Source: Kiritimatiellia bacterium
GTDB taxonomy: Bacteria; Verrucomicrobiota; Kiritimatiellia; RFP12; UBA1067
Direction of reading: 5' to 3'
DNA: 64,000 bases
NCBI GenBank assembly: GCA_050949565.1
Contig: JBMNFY010000017.1
Location: 96,001 to 160,000, forward strand
Shown: positions 47,639 through 57,637 of the stretch, piece after piece
Layout: each line of letters opens with the position of its first letter
Numbering within the stretch: the first letter of the stretch is position 1
Notes under the pieces: model-generated
What the model saw: the letters and a program-made list of their open reading frames with translations, nothing else
What the model was told of the DNA's origin: nothing
Databases searched by the model: none
Made by a program: the position numbers and the translations under genes

Positions 47639-49393
47639 TCAATGCGGGATAAAGGCTCCAAAATCAGGTACAAACAGACACTGCGCACCAAGCCGACGGG
47701 CTTGGGCACGAAGGTCGTTGTCATCGGTGACCAGAAGAATCTGGATTTTGGACGACTCCAACGTGTGGAAGCGGATGTTATCGAGCAGCACATTGTCGGC
47801 GCGATGCTCGCCCTCCCCACCGGAATAGGTCACGGTCACGTTGGGCGCGACCGACGTATCCGTACGGGTGGGGCCGTCGAAGACGATCTGCGTGCGCAGC
47901 GCGGGAGAGGCACTGACCAGGCGCACGACATCGCGAACGAGCATCTCACGCTTTTTCGACTCGGTGAGTGAGGCACCGCGCGGCGGGTTATAGCGGGATG
48001 GCAGCCCGTAAAGCACGTTGTGGCCATCCAGCAACAGAATGGCCGGCGTCTCGCCGCAGAGCGCGCGCGACAGCAGGGCAGCCTCTGGCGGCAGGTCCTC
48101 GGCCTGAGGTGGCGGCGGCACACCCAACGCCTCGATCGCGGCTATACGCCGCTGGAAGGCCTCTTTCAAGCGAGCCATGGCCGGTGCATCCAGCACATGC
48201 AGCTTGGCCAAATCGTCAAGGAATGTACGCAAGCGCGGCAAAGCGTTGTCGCCCACATCCTGAAATCGCGCGGTCAGTGCGTCTTCAAGCGCCGAGGCGG
48301 GAGCGTTAGGATTGAGCAGATTGTCGAGGCGCAACATTTCAGCAGCGAGTTCACTCTCCACTGCTTGCAGGTCGGCCGTCGGGCGCAATGCGTTGCGGAG
48401 CGCGGCGCGCACCGTCGCCAGCGTCTGCGCAACCTGCTCACGCCGTTCGGTCAATCGGGCGCGGTTGCCGCTGTGACGGTCGGCCTCGGCCTGCTTGCTC
48501 AAGGCGGCTTCGGCCCGTGCGAGCAGTTCCGCATGCGGCGCGGTCTGATGCACGTCGCGCTCGACCTCGCGCGCCTGGCCGAGCCAACCGTGAAACTCCT
48601 GCGCAAGCGCCCGATCGACGGCTGCGGCCACACGCTCCTCGCGATGCGTTTGTTCACGCTTCAGTTCAACGGTCACTTCCTCCAGCTTACGCTCGGACTG
48701 CCGCAGGGTTTCGCCCAGCTCTTTTTCGCGTTGGCGGGCCGTATCGCGCTGTTCGACAACTTCATCCTTCTCGCGTTGAAGATTCTTGAGCTGCCCCTCC
48801 ACCCCTTTCAGACGGCGGTTCTCAGTTTTGAAGTCGCGCAGTCGTTGTTCCAGCCGCTCCTTTTGAGCGAGCCATGCTTCACGTGTCAGCGTGACACCCA
48901 TGTCATCACCATCCGGCACACGTCCCAGCAGGCTGTGGAGATCGGCAAAAAGGTCACGCAGGTACTCAACGGCTTTGTCGGGCTCAATGGCGTGAAATGC
49001 GTCGGGCCGCTGCATCCAGTCTTCGGCGTACTCCTGAACCTCATCGCGGTCATCGAGCAGCAGCGCGACCAGCAACGCCGGTGCGCCGAGCAGCGCAGCG
49101 AAGGCGTGACGGGCTTCGATCAGGGTGTCAATCGCGATCAGTCCCGTGAGTGTACATGTGCGCGAACGCCGCGCGAGAATGCATCGCAACTTATCCGACA
49201 CCTCGCCCGCGCCGCAGACGATCTGGTGCAGACGCTTCCGCAGGACCGGGATGTTGCCAGCACGAAAACCACCCCTCTGGAAGGCGGGCTCGGTAGCGAC
49301 AAGCATGTCCAACTCAACCTCTGGCATCAAATCGATCAAACGAGCGATTTCTTTTTCGCACTCAGGCGTAAGCGGTGTGGAACAGAGAGCCAT
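47639..49393 (-). CDS. Coiled-coil protein with C-terminal YacP-like NYN (PIN-fold) domain
   Basis: LLLDGHNV, IVFDG, ADNVL and VTDDNDL acidic motifs; long central coiled coil. Confidence 0.8.
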   Translation of the reverse strand: MALCSTPLTPECEKEIARLIDLMPEVELDMLVATEPAFQRGGFRAGNIPVLRKRLHQIVCGAGEVSDKLRCILARRSRTCTLTGLIAIDTLIEARHAFAALLGAPALLVALLLDDRDEVQEYAEDWMQRPDAFHAIEPDKAVEYLRDLFADLHSLLGRVPDGDDMGVTLTREAWLAQKERLEQRLRDFKTENRRLKGVEGQLKNLQREKDEVVEQRDTARQREKELGETLRQSERKLEEVTVELKREQTHREERVAAAVDRALAQEFHGWLGQAREVERDVHQTAPHAELLARAEAALSKQAEADRHSGNRARLTERREQVAQTLATVRAALRNALRPTADLQAVESELAAEMLRLDNLLNPNAPASALEDALTARFQDVGDNALPRLRTFLDDLAKLHVLDAPAMARLKEAFQRRIAAIEALGVPPPPQAEDLPPEAALLSRALCGETPAILLLDGHNVLYGLPSRYNPPRGASLTESKKREMLVRDVVRLVSASPALRTQIVFDGPTRTDTSVAPNVTVTYSGGEGEHRADNVLLDNIRFHTLESSKIQILLVTDDNDLRAQARRLGAQCLFVPDFGAFIPH

Positions 49394-49457
49394 ATTTGCT
49401 GGTCTCTATCTTAGGGAAGACCCCGCGCGGGCGCAATCTGAAAAAGCCCCAGACTTT

Positions 49458-50678
49458 TTAGGGCGCGCGCGCAGCGCGGCGATGGAGGTCGAGCCACAAG
49501 AAGCGGGGCCGATAGATCTCGGTCGTCTTGGGCAAACTGCCGCTCTGGTTGACATTGTAGCTGATCAGCAGGCGACCGGGCGGAGAGAGATGCGGATGCG
49601 CTTTGGCGTTGTACGTGTAGGTGGTGCCGCCATTGGAGGGATTGTAGATTTCAGGCTCCTGCGCACGGTGGATAAGGATGCCGTCGCCGAAGGGGCCGGT
49701 GGGCGTTTCGCCAACCGCGATCATCATATCGGGCGTCTGCACGTCACGGCAGTAGACCATCAGAAACTTGCCGCGGTACAGCCCCTCGCTGATCGGTGTG
49801 ACACTAAACTCGGTGGAGATACGGCGGTGGAGCGTGGCGGCCTCGCGCACGGCGACGGCGATATCCGGGCTCCATGCATGACCATCCCAGAAGCGCCACT
49901 GCGCGGGATCGGCGTACGCCTCACGCCGCACACGCGCCACCACCGCATCTTTGCGCGAACCCCGCTGTTTGTTGTCGCGGTACCCGTAGGCGTAGACATA
50001 TCCGTCCGGTTGGAAGGCGCCCGCCGCTTCGGAGAGGTCCATGAGAGCGACGCCGAACATGATGTCGAATGTTTCGTCCTTGTAGAGCAACGGGATATCG
50101 GGACGGACGCGCACACGCTTGAAATCGGGCCGACCGTTGACCAGCGGCAGGGTGATGAGATCAAGCCGCACCGGCTTCCAACCCTTTTCGGCGAAAGCGG
50201 TGATGAAGACGGAATCGCCGATCGCAATGCCGTCATTCAGCCAAGCGTGCGTGCCGGTGAAGAGGTGGCCGAGACCGCCGTCAGCCCGCTCGCCAAAGTG
50301 GAACGAGATCGCCTCGCGGCGCGGTGCGGTACCGTCGAGAATCGCGGCGGAGTGAGACGGCATGCCGCCGCCTGTAATGACGCGTGTCTGGGGGTCCGCC
50401 TCGCCGATGCGCGTATCGCTGAATAGAAAGAGCGTACACGTTGCCGAGCGCGCTCCGACGGCCGCGTCATAGCCGTTCAGGGGGACCGAATAGACACCGT
50501 CCGCGCCGAGCCAGCCGGAGGTGCGCTCGAACAGGGCCGTCCACTCCGGTGCGCGCGTAACGGCTGGCGGGCGTTCATCATCAGCGAAAACACCGACGCC
50601 GACGAAAACGAGAAGCAGGACGAGCGGTCGGAAAAACTTCAGCCAGGCATGGAGAAACTCATGAAGATGCGCGTACAT
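49458..50678 (-). CDS. Secreted DUF4185/DUF5005-like protein
   Basis: GWLGADG, LFLFSDT, YVYAYG, WRFWDG, YNAKAHP..LLISYNVN. Confidence 0.7.
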   Translation of the reverse strand: MYAHLHEFLHAWLKFFRPLVLLLVFVGVGVFADDERPPAVTRAPEWTALFERTSGWLGADGVYSVPLNGYDAAVGARSATCTLFLFSDTRIGEADPQTRVITGGGMPSHSAAILDGTAPRREAISFHFGERADGGLGHLFTGTHAWLNDGIAIGDSVFITAFAEKGWKPVRLDLITLPLVNGRPDFKRVRVRPDIPLLYKDETFDIMFGVALMDLSEAAGAFQPDGYVYAYGYRDNKQRGSRKDAVVARVRREAYADPAQWRFWDGHAWSPDIAVAVREAATLHRRISTEFSVTPISEGLYRGKFLMVYCRDVQTPDMMIAVGETPTGPFGDGILIHRAQEPEIYNPSNGGTTYTYNAKAHPHLSPPGRLLISYNVNQSGSLPKTTEIYRPRFLWLDLHRRAARAP

Positions 50679-50819
50679 GATTCCACTGTATCCGACAGAA
50701 CAACGGGCTGTCAATTGCCGGGCGCGATTCGCTCTGCCTTCCCGCTTGACTCAAGATGACGATTCGCGTAAAAAGGTGGCGGATTGTGGGTCGGCGGTTT
50801 CATGGTGGAAGGAGATAAC

Positions 50820-51287
50820 ATGAGGACATGTAAAATCGCAGGGGTTGTCTTGGGTGGGGGATTGGTTTTTTTTGTTCTTTGGGTGTTTCGGCCTTACGAA
50901 AGGGCAGACCCTAGAATGGTTGAGCCGAACCTTAGAGCGCTTGAGGCACCTTACCAAAAAGTCGTAACAACTAGTATTGGTGACGGTGGCAGCATGGGTT
51001 TAAGAATTGTCGATTGTAATGGGAAGGTTTTGGATTTCTGCCTTCCTGCACCTATGGATGAACCTACATTGCGTTATAACAAATTGTTCATGGGGTCCAC
51101 ATATTACACAGAGCCCGGGTCATCAGAAGTGCCAAATGCGCACCACACCAAGCTTCGGCTGGCGGAAATAATCCGTTCTCAAACAAAACCTGACCCAGAA
51201 AACGATGTTTTTGTATATCGCCTGACAGGACGCTGGCGAGACTTATGGGTACATATGATGCGTGAAGATGTCTTTCAGGTCTACTGA
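50820..51287 (+). CDS. Hypothetical membrane-anchored protein, lower GC than its surroundings
   Basis: AGGAG RBS, N-terminal TM helix, visibly AT-richer codons. Confidence 0.7.
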   Translation: MRTCKIAGVVLGGGLVFFVLWVFRPYERADPRMVEPNLRALEAPYQKVVTTSIGDGGSMGLRIVDCNGKVLDFCLPAPMDEPTLRYNKLFMGSTYYTEPGSSEVPNAHHTKLRLAEIIRSQTKPDPENDVFVYRLTGRWRDLWVHMMREDVFQVY

Positions 51288-51392
51288 AGGAACGCTGGAG
51301 AAGCGGGGTCGTGAGAAACGGGCTCGTTGGTGTGTTAACGTATCGCCACGGCAAGGCAACTGTGGTAGAGGAATTATGATGACTAATGGCAA

Positions 51393-51723
51393 CCATGCGG
51401 CCGTTGCCGTCCTGGAAGGGATGGATGAATTCGAACTCGTAGTGGAAGACGCAACTGGCGATGAGCGGGTGTTCCGGCGTGTCTCTGAGCCAGGCCAGAA
51501 GACCGGCGATCAGGGCGGGCACGCGGTCGGCGGGAGGCGCGAGGTGGATGATTGCCGCGCCGCGCTGGATACCGACACCGCCGGAGCGGAAACGCCCCGG
51601 CTCGTCGATCAGACCGGCCATGATGACGCCGTGTGCGGCCAACAGGTCGTCGCGTGAATGGGGCGACCACTCGAACATGCGCTCGTAGGCGGCAAAGGCG
51701 TTGCGGACTTCTTGGATTTCGCG
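51393..51723 (-). pseudogene. Internal fragment of a Fic-family gene
   Basis: REIQEVRNAFAAYE...HYEFEFIHPFQDGNGRM; truncated 5' at the repeat end and 3' just after the Fic motif. Confidence 0.85.
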
Positions 51724-52956
51724 GGAGAAACGGGGTCGTATTTTGACATTAGACAAACAAGGGTCGTGAAAATTTTGGAGTGCGGTGACAAGAACCGCGC
51801 TGTGCGCGGGTCGCGGCACCGCTTTCCCTCCGAGCCGCGCGCGGAGACACTCTTAGTCCTCACTCTTAGTCGAATACACTTAGTCGTTCACACCTAGTCG
51901 ATTGCGCCAGCGACGAAGTGTTTGGACGAAGTGCGGGTCGCGGCACCGCTTTTGCATACACTTGCCACCGCACCCGGTGCTTTGCGGCGCGCGCGGAACC
52001 GCTTGCCGCCGCTCGGGATCTCGAAGGGGAGAAACGGGGTCGTATTTTGACATTAGACAAACAAGGGTCGTGAAAATTTTGGAGTGCGGTGACAAGAACC
52101 GCGCTGTGCGCGGGTCGCGGCACCGCTTTCCCTCCGAGCCGCGCGCGGAGACACTCTTAGTCCTCACTCTTAGTCGAATACACTTAGTCGTTCACACCTA
52201 GTCGATTGCGCCAGCGACGAAGTGTTTGGACGAAGACAAGCGACGAGGTGTAACCGATGAAGTGTTTCGACGAAGTATAGCGACGAAGTGCGGGTCGCGG
52301 TACCGCTTTTGCATACACTTGCCACCGCACCCGGTGCTTTAAAAGCGGCGTCGCGCGGAATACCGCTTGCCGCCGCCAAGTTCTTTCGCCAGACTTGCGG
52401 TCACGCCGCCATCCCGTAAAAATCTCCGCGCCTCTGCGTCTCTGCGTTAAACGTTTTTTAACTCAGAACGCTGAACGTCGAACGCTGAACTCTGAAGTAA
52501 AAAACTCCTTGCCTATAACTCACGCCCAAAGCTATCCCCGCGTTCGGCAAGGACTATCGCACCGAGATCGTCGTACCGAAATTGTAGGTCAGATACGCCC
52601 GTTTCCTCGCGGCATCATAGGTCACGATCCAACGCGCGGGCAACGTCCCGGAGAAACGGGGTCGTATTTTGACATTAGACAAACAAGGGTCGTGAAAATT
52701 TTGGAGTGCGGTGACAAGAACCGCGCTGTGCGCGGGTCGCGGCACCGCTTTCCCTCCGAGCCGCGCGCGGAGACACTCTTAGTCCTCACTCTTAGTCGAA
52801 TACACTTAGTCGTTCACACCTAGTCGATTGCGCCAGCGACGAAGTGTTTGGACGAAGTGCGGGTCGCGGCACCGCTTTTGCATACACTTGCCACCGCACC
52901 CGGTGCTTTAAAAGCGGCGTCGCGCGGAATACCGCTTGCCGCCGCTCGGGATCTCG
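51724..52956 (+). repeat. Three direct copies of a ~300-350 bp composite element (starts 51724, 52028, 52650)
   Basis: Each begins ggagaaacggggtcgtattttgacattagacaaacaagggtcgtgaaaattttggagtgcggtgacaag; the first ~200 bp look identical by eye. Confidence 0.92.
52554..52649 (-). pseudogene. 3' tail of a gene (..GTLPARWIVTYDAARKRAYLTYNFGTTISVR*) cut off by repeat copy 3
   Basis: Protein-like sequence ending in a stop, with no start of its own. Confidence 0.5.
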
Positions 52957-53090
52957 TAATGTGTTCGACCAGTCGTACAACACCGGCGCCATGTCCCCAG
53001 CGCCAACTAAAAACCACAATCTGGCCTCAAACCGTCACGCCCCGGCTGTACATACAGCCTAATTCGGAATCGCGATCACGCCGCACGGCA

Positions 53091-53119
53091 TTGACAGGTT
53101 ACGCCCACTGCGCTATGCT
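53091..53119 (+). promoter_or_regulatory. sigma70 promoter of the cobalamin uptake operon
   Basis: TTGACA-17 bp-TATGCT immediately upstream of the riboswitch. Confidence 0.75.
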
Positions 53120-53124
53120 CCACT

Positions 53125-53270
53125 CGTACTTTGCACCGGCTATCGGAAGCCCGTGAGAATCGGGCGCGGTCGCGCCGCTGTAATCGGCTACAAGCCCCCG
53201 GATGCCATTTCCTGCTGGGAGAGAAGGCGGGGGCAAGGTCAAGCCGTAAGCCAGAAGACGGGCCGGATGC
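53125..53270 (+). ncRNA. Cobalamin riboswitch
   Basis: GGAAgcccGTGAgAATcgggcgCGGtcgcGCCgCTGTaa...GCCAtT...AGAAGGC...AAGCCAGAAGAC (B12-box-like), upstream of a TonB receptor and ABC transporter; boundaries approximate. Confidence 0.88.
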
Positions 53271-53404
53271 AAGCTGCGGCACTCCTTCGCGCATGAGGAG
53301 CCGAGGCCTGTCGTCCGGCCGTTTCCGGAACTGCTTCTGCTCTCGCCCCTGCGGCCTCATACGTGTTGGCTCTGCCCCAACCTTCGCGTAAGCGGATACG
53401 TATC

Positions 53405-55435
53405 ATGTCTCTGTCTCACCGTTTCACTGCCGCCACATTTGCGGCGTGTCTGGCCGCAACCGGCCTGACCACCCTCGGCCAAACAACCCCCGAGGCCCCG
53501 GAGTCTTCATCGACAGCACCGTCTGTCTCCAACGCCATTCCGCCGATCATCGTGCAGGCCAGCCGGACCGGCAAAACATCGTTGCAAATGCCCGCCTCCG
53601 TGCAGGTCATCACAGCGCGGGAAATCGCCGAATCGGGCTACTCGTCAACGGCGGAAGTGCTCGAAAAGCAGGGCGGCGTTACCCTGCGCACACTCAACAG
53701 CAATCCCGCGCTCACGCAACTTTCGATGCGCGGATTCGGCGAAAGCTCCTTCGGCCGCGTTCTGGTCCTCGTCAACGGCGAACGTCTCAATAATCCTGAC
53801 ATGTCTTCGCCGAGCCTGCTGCGCGTCCCGATGACGTCCATCTCGCGTATCGAGATCGTGCGTGGACCGCAAACCGTACTTCACGGCGACTTCGCCTCGG
53901 CCGGTGTGATCAACATCATCACGGACGACGCAACCGCTGAACAGCAGACCACGCTCGGTGCTTCGGTCGGTGCTTACGACACCTACTCGGCCTTCGTCAA
54001 CACCACGGGCATGTTCGGTGAGGACGGCGTCTCCTACCGCGCCAGCGCGGATTGGGAAAAGTCCGATGGCTATCGCGACAACAGCGATTACGAGACCTAC
54101 CAGTTGAACGCCGCGCTGCGCAAAGATTTCGGCGAGAACCGTTTCCTCTCGCTCTCCACCTTCTACCACGACGCGGAGTACGGCCTGCCGGGCGCGCTCT
54201 CCCGCGAGCGCTATCACAACGCGCCGCGCAGTTCCACCACACCGCGAGACCGCAGTGAGTTGGAGAGTTATGGTATCCGCCTGGGCGGGCGTACGACCGT
54301 GGGTGCCGACGGTATGTTCGATTTGAACGCCACAGCCAGTCGCCGCGAGACCGACAGCCGCTGGCTCAGCGCCACCAGTCAGGCCTTCTACGGCAGTGAG
54401 ATCGATTCATACGCGCTGCAGCCGCAGTACGCACACGACTTACGCATCGCCGGTCACCGCTCGATCCTCACGCTCGGCACCGACCTGCGGTATGATATGA
54501 CTGATTTCTATTCGGATTTCAATTCGCCTTTCTACACCTCGTTGCTTGATTGGGAGTTCAACCGCGCCAGTATCGCCGGCTATGCGCAGAACGAGTTCTT
54601 CTTCACTGATGACCTCTCGCTGACGCTCGGCGGACGAACCGAGTGGTTTGACAACCGCGTCAAGAATGCCGCCTCGACGACCTCCTACAGCAAGCGTGAG
54701 TCGGCCGTTGAAGCCGCCCTGCTCTATCGGCCTACTGAAACCTCCAAGGTCTACGCCAAAGCCGGACGCTTTTACCACGCGCCGTTCATCGACGAGATCT
54801 TCGCAGGCGCAGGCACGCCGAATCTCGCCCTCGCCCCAGAAACCGGTCTCAACCTCGAAATCGGCACGGAGGCCCGCATTGCCAACGAATGGCTGGCCGC
54901 ACTCTCGCTCTATCACATGGACATGGACGACGAGATCTATTACGACCCCGCCGCCTTCCAGAACCGCAACTCGCCGGGCGACACACGCCGCATGGGCCTT
55001 GACGCCGCACTGCGTTGGTCGCGCGATCGGGTCGGCTCCGCCTCGCTCGCTTACAGCGCGGTACGCGCGAAGTTCGATGGCGGCCCGTATGACGATAACC
55101 GCGTGCCGCTCGTACCGACGCATACCATCGGCATCAACGGCGACTATTACTTGCTACACAGTCTCGCGCTCATGGGCGGGGTGCGTCACGTCGCGCGCCA
55201 GTATCTCGGCAGCGACTTCAACAACAGCGCGCGGCCACTCAAGGGCTACACGTTGGTCGATTGCGGCCTGCGGTACGAACCTTCCTTCATCGAGGGTCTG
55301 CGTGTGACGCTGAGCGTCGATAATGTGTTCGGTCGCAACTACTGCGATTACGCCGGCTGGTCTAACTTCAGCGGCGACCATTACTATCCCGGTCGTGGCC
55401 GCTTCTGGAAAGTCGGTGCTACATTCACCTTCTAA
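53405..55435 (+). CDS. btuB: TonB-dependent receptor, probable cobalamin transporter (BtuB-like)
   Basis: Signal peptide, IIVQASR TonB box, MRGFG, IEIVRGP plug, C-terminal Phe; riboswitch upstream. Confidence 0.85.
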   Translation: MSLSHRFTAATFAACLAATGLTTLGQTTPEAPESSSTAPSVSNAIPPIIVQASRTGKTSLQMPASVQVITAREIAESGYSSTAEVLEKQGGVTLRTLNSNPALTQLSMRGFGESSFGRVLVLVNGERLNNPDMSSPSLLRVPMTSISRIEIVRGPQTVLHGDFASAGVINIITDDATAEQQTTLGASVGAYDTYSAFVNTTGMFGEDGVSYRASADWEKSDGYRDNSDYETYQLNAALRKDFGENRFLSLSTFYHDAEYGLPGALSRERYHNAPRSSTTPRDRSELESYGIRLGGRTTVGADGMFDLNATASRRETDSRWLSATSQAFYGSEIDSYALQPQYAHDLRIAGHRSILTLGTDLRYDMTDFYSDFNSPFYTSLLDWEFNRASIAGYAQNEFFFTDDLSLTLGGRTEWFDNRVKNAASTTSYSKRESAVEAALLYRPTETSKVYAKAGRFYHAPFIDEIFAGAGTPNLALAPETGLNLEIGTEARIANEWLAALSLYHMDMDDEIYYDPAAFQNRNSPGDTRRMGLDAALRWSRDRVGSASLAYSAVRAKFDGGPYDDNRVPLVPTHTIGINGDYYLLHSLALMGGVRHVARQYLGSDFNNSARPLKGYTLVDCGLRYEPSFIEGLRVTLSVDNVFGRNYCDYAGWSNFSGDHYYPGRGRFWKVGATFTF

Positions 55436-55740
55436 TGTGGGCGAAGCCCGCAACCCAATTCAATCTCACACAAAGGATTAACATGATTTGGAGGGCGAGT
55501 GTCCCCACGAGCCGCCGGGGCGCGGCAATGGAGGGCGAGTATCCCCACGAGCCGCCTTCCGTGCATAGCGCGGAGGGAAAGCGGTGCCGCGACCCGCGCG
55601 TAGCGCGGCTCTTGTCACCGCACTCCAAATTGTGTGCGTCCAGTTCTGTGGGCGGCGTAACCGCCGCCGGGCAAGCAGACGCTTGCCCCTCCCAGGGCTC
55701 CGCAAGCAATGAAACCAGAAACCGGAAACCAGAAACCAGC
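55432..55740. repeat. Repeat mosaic between btuB and btuF
   Basis: ctaatgtgggcgaagcccgc, two ggagggcgagt.tccccacgagccg copies, an inverted gagtgcggtgacaag unit, four gaaacc(a/g) heptamers. Confidence 0.8.
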
Positions 55741-55752
55741 CAATGGCGGCGC

Positions 55753-56637
55753 GTGGTTGCATGCTGGCTGGTGGTAGCGCTGTCGACGCTGACGGCCTGC
55801 ATCCGGCAAGACCCCCTGCCCGCCGACAGTGGCATGCGGCTGGTCTCGACCGCCCCCCACCTGACCGAGTGCGTGTGCGCGATCGGCGCGGGGCACCTTC
55901 TGGTCGGACGCACGGCGACCTGCGACTACCCGCCGGAGGTTGTGAGCGAAATTCCCATCACCGGCGACTTCGCCGTCCCGTGGCTCGAGCCCCTGCTTGC
56001 CGTCCGCCCCACGCATGTTCTGGAAACCGTGCTTTCCGATCCCGCGCTCCGCGACCGGCTCACGGCGCTGAACATCCCGGTGGTGCATGTGCCCTGCACG
56101 CGGCTCGATCAAATCCCCGATGCGCTCCGCCAGCTTGGTGTGCTCTGCGACCGCTCAACACGCGCAAATCAATTGGCAGACGATATCCAGAGTGGTATCG
56201 AACGCGCGCGCCAAGCGGCCTCTTCATACCAGGCCCGCCCGCGCGTGCTGTTGCTCTTCGCGCCGGATGTCTCTATCACCGCCGGGCCTAACGCCTTTGT
56301 CACCACTCTGCTCGAACTCGCGGGCGGCGTCAGCGTCGGGCACGATCTTGAGGCCGATTACCCGCGTGTCTCACTCGAATGGATCATCGCGCAAGACCCG
56401 GACCTGCTACTCTGCATCTTTGAAACCACGCTCCCGCCGCTGGAAGTTTACGCCCGACAGACCGGCTGGCGCTCCCTGCGCGCCGTGCGTTCCGGCCGCG
56501 TCTACACGGTCACCGATCTGAACACCGTCAGCCGACCCGGCCCGCGTGTGCTAGACGGGATCGCACAAATCAAAGTGGTCCTAGATCAAGACGCCGAACG
56601 ATTCGCCAAACAGTCCCCTACTCCGGATCGCCCATGA
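55753..56637 (+). CDS. btuF: Cobalamin ABC transporter substrate-binding lipoprotein (BtuF-like); start codon uncertain
   Basis: LTAC lipobox, RLVSTAPHLTE, LVGRTATCDYP, SLEWIIAQDPD, SRPGPR. Confidence 0.8.
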   Translation: MVACWLVVALSTLTACIRQDPLPADSGMRLVSTAPHLTECVCAIGAGHLLVGRTATCDYPPEVVSEIPITGDFAVPWLEPLLAVRPTHVLETVLSDPALRDRLTALNIPVVHVPCTRLDQIPDALRQLGVLCDRSTRANQLADDIQSGIERARQAASSYQARPRVLLLFAPDVSITAGPNAFVTTLLELAGGVSVGHDLEADYPRVSLEWIIAQDPDLLLCIFETTLPPLEVYARQTGWRSLRAVRSGRVYTVTDLNTVSRPGPRVLDGIAQIKVVLDQDAERFAKQSPTPDRP

Positions 56638-57611
56638 CCCCCTCTCGCACAACAACCTGCCTACTACTCCTCACCGTGCCTGTGGTGCTCATCCTGTGCT
56701 TGATGGCCGGCCCGGCGGGATTCGGGCTGCCAGACACCTCGACGCTTGCGGGTCGCGCATTGCTGGAGTTGCGGTTGCTGCGCGTCGTGACCGGCTTTGT
56801 GGTCGGCGCGGCGCTGGCGCTCTCGGGCTGTGCGTTACAAGCCATCCTGCGCAATGCGCTGGCCGAGCCCTATGTACTCGGCGTGAGCAGCGGCAGCTCG
56901 CTCGGCGCGGCATTGACAATCGTGACCGGCCTCGTGCAGTTGACACCGCTCGCCTTGCCGGCCGGCGCTTTCGTGGTCGGCGGTCTGACCCTGTTACTGG
57001 TCTGCCTCGTGTCAGGACGCGCCGGTCACTACTCGCCCAACACCCTGATTCTCGTCGGTGTGGTCGCCAGTTCCATGCTCTCAAGTCTGCTGATGCTCGT
57101 CCTCGCCTTGGCCGACACGCTCGCTTTGCACAGCATCACTTGGTGGATGATGGGCAACTTGCAGGCGACATCATGGACGCTCGTGCTGATTGTGACCGTA
57201 CTGATTGCCATCTCCGCCGCACTGCTCTTCAGCCAAGTTCCCGCACTGAACGCCCTGCTGCTCGGCAGCGAGACCGCACGCCACCTCGGCGTGGAGACGC
57301 GCATCGTTTTGCCACTGGTACTCGGTGCCGCCGCGCTAGCCACCTCCGCCGCCGTCTCGCTCGCGGGCTGCATCGGATTTGTTGGTTTGATCGTTCCGCA
57401 TACGTTGCGTCGCGTAGTCGGCGCAAACCACCGTCGACTGCTGCCGGCCGCGACGTTGTGCGGCGGTGCATTTTTGGTCGTGTGCGATACGCTTGCGCGT
57501 TTGCTTTTTGCGCCCCGCGAAGTTCCGGTCGGCGTGATCACCGCGCTTTCCGGCGGCCCCTTTTTCCTCTATCTGCTGCTGCGCAACCATGAAACACATG
57601 AAACTCCATGA
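56634..57611 (+). CDS. btuC: FecCD/BtuC family ABC permease
   Basis: LQAILRNALAEPYVLGVSSG, IGFVGLIVPH, EVPVGVITA. Confidence 0.88.
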   Translation: MTPSRTTTCLLLLTVPVVLILCLMAGPAGFGLPDTSTLAGRALLELRLLRVVTGFVVGAALALSGCALQAILRNALAEPYVLGVSSGSSLGAALTIVTGLVQLTPLALPAGAFVVGGLTLLLVCLVSGRAGHYSPNTLILVGVVASSMLSSLLMLVLALADTLALHSITWWMMGNLQATSWTLVLIVTVLIAISAALLFSQVPALNALLLGSETARHLGVETRIVLPLVLGAAALATSAAVSLAGCIGFVGLIVPHTLRRVVGANHRRLLPAATLCGGAFLVVCDTLARLLFAPREVPVGVITALSGGPFFLYLLLRNHETHETP

Positions 57612-57637
57612 AAATCTGTGGATAGAAAAACCGAGCC

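Noticed and set aside
51724-52956. CRISPR array
   Set aside because: Repeats are ~300 bp, spacing is irregular, and no cas genes are present.
52957-53061. Possible TonB-receptor C-terminal remnant (NVFDQSY...PAP)
   Set aside because: The match is too short to distinguish from chance by eye.
55435-55708. N-terminal ~90 aa of the 400-aa btuF ORF
   Set aside because: It is read-through of repeat DNA; protein-like sequence begins near the lipobox.
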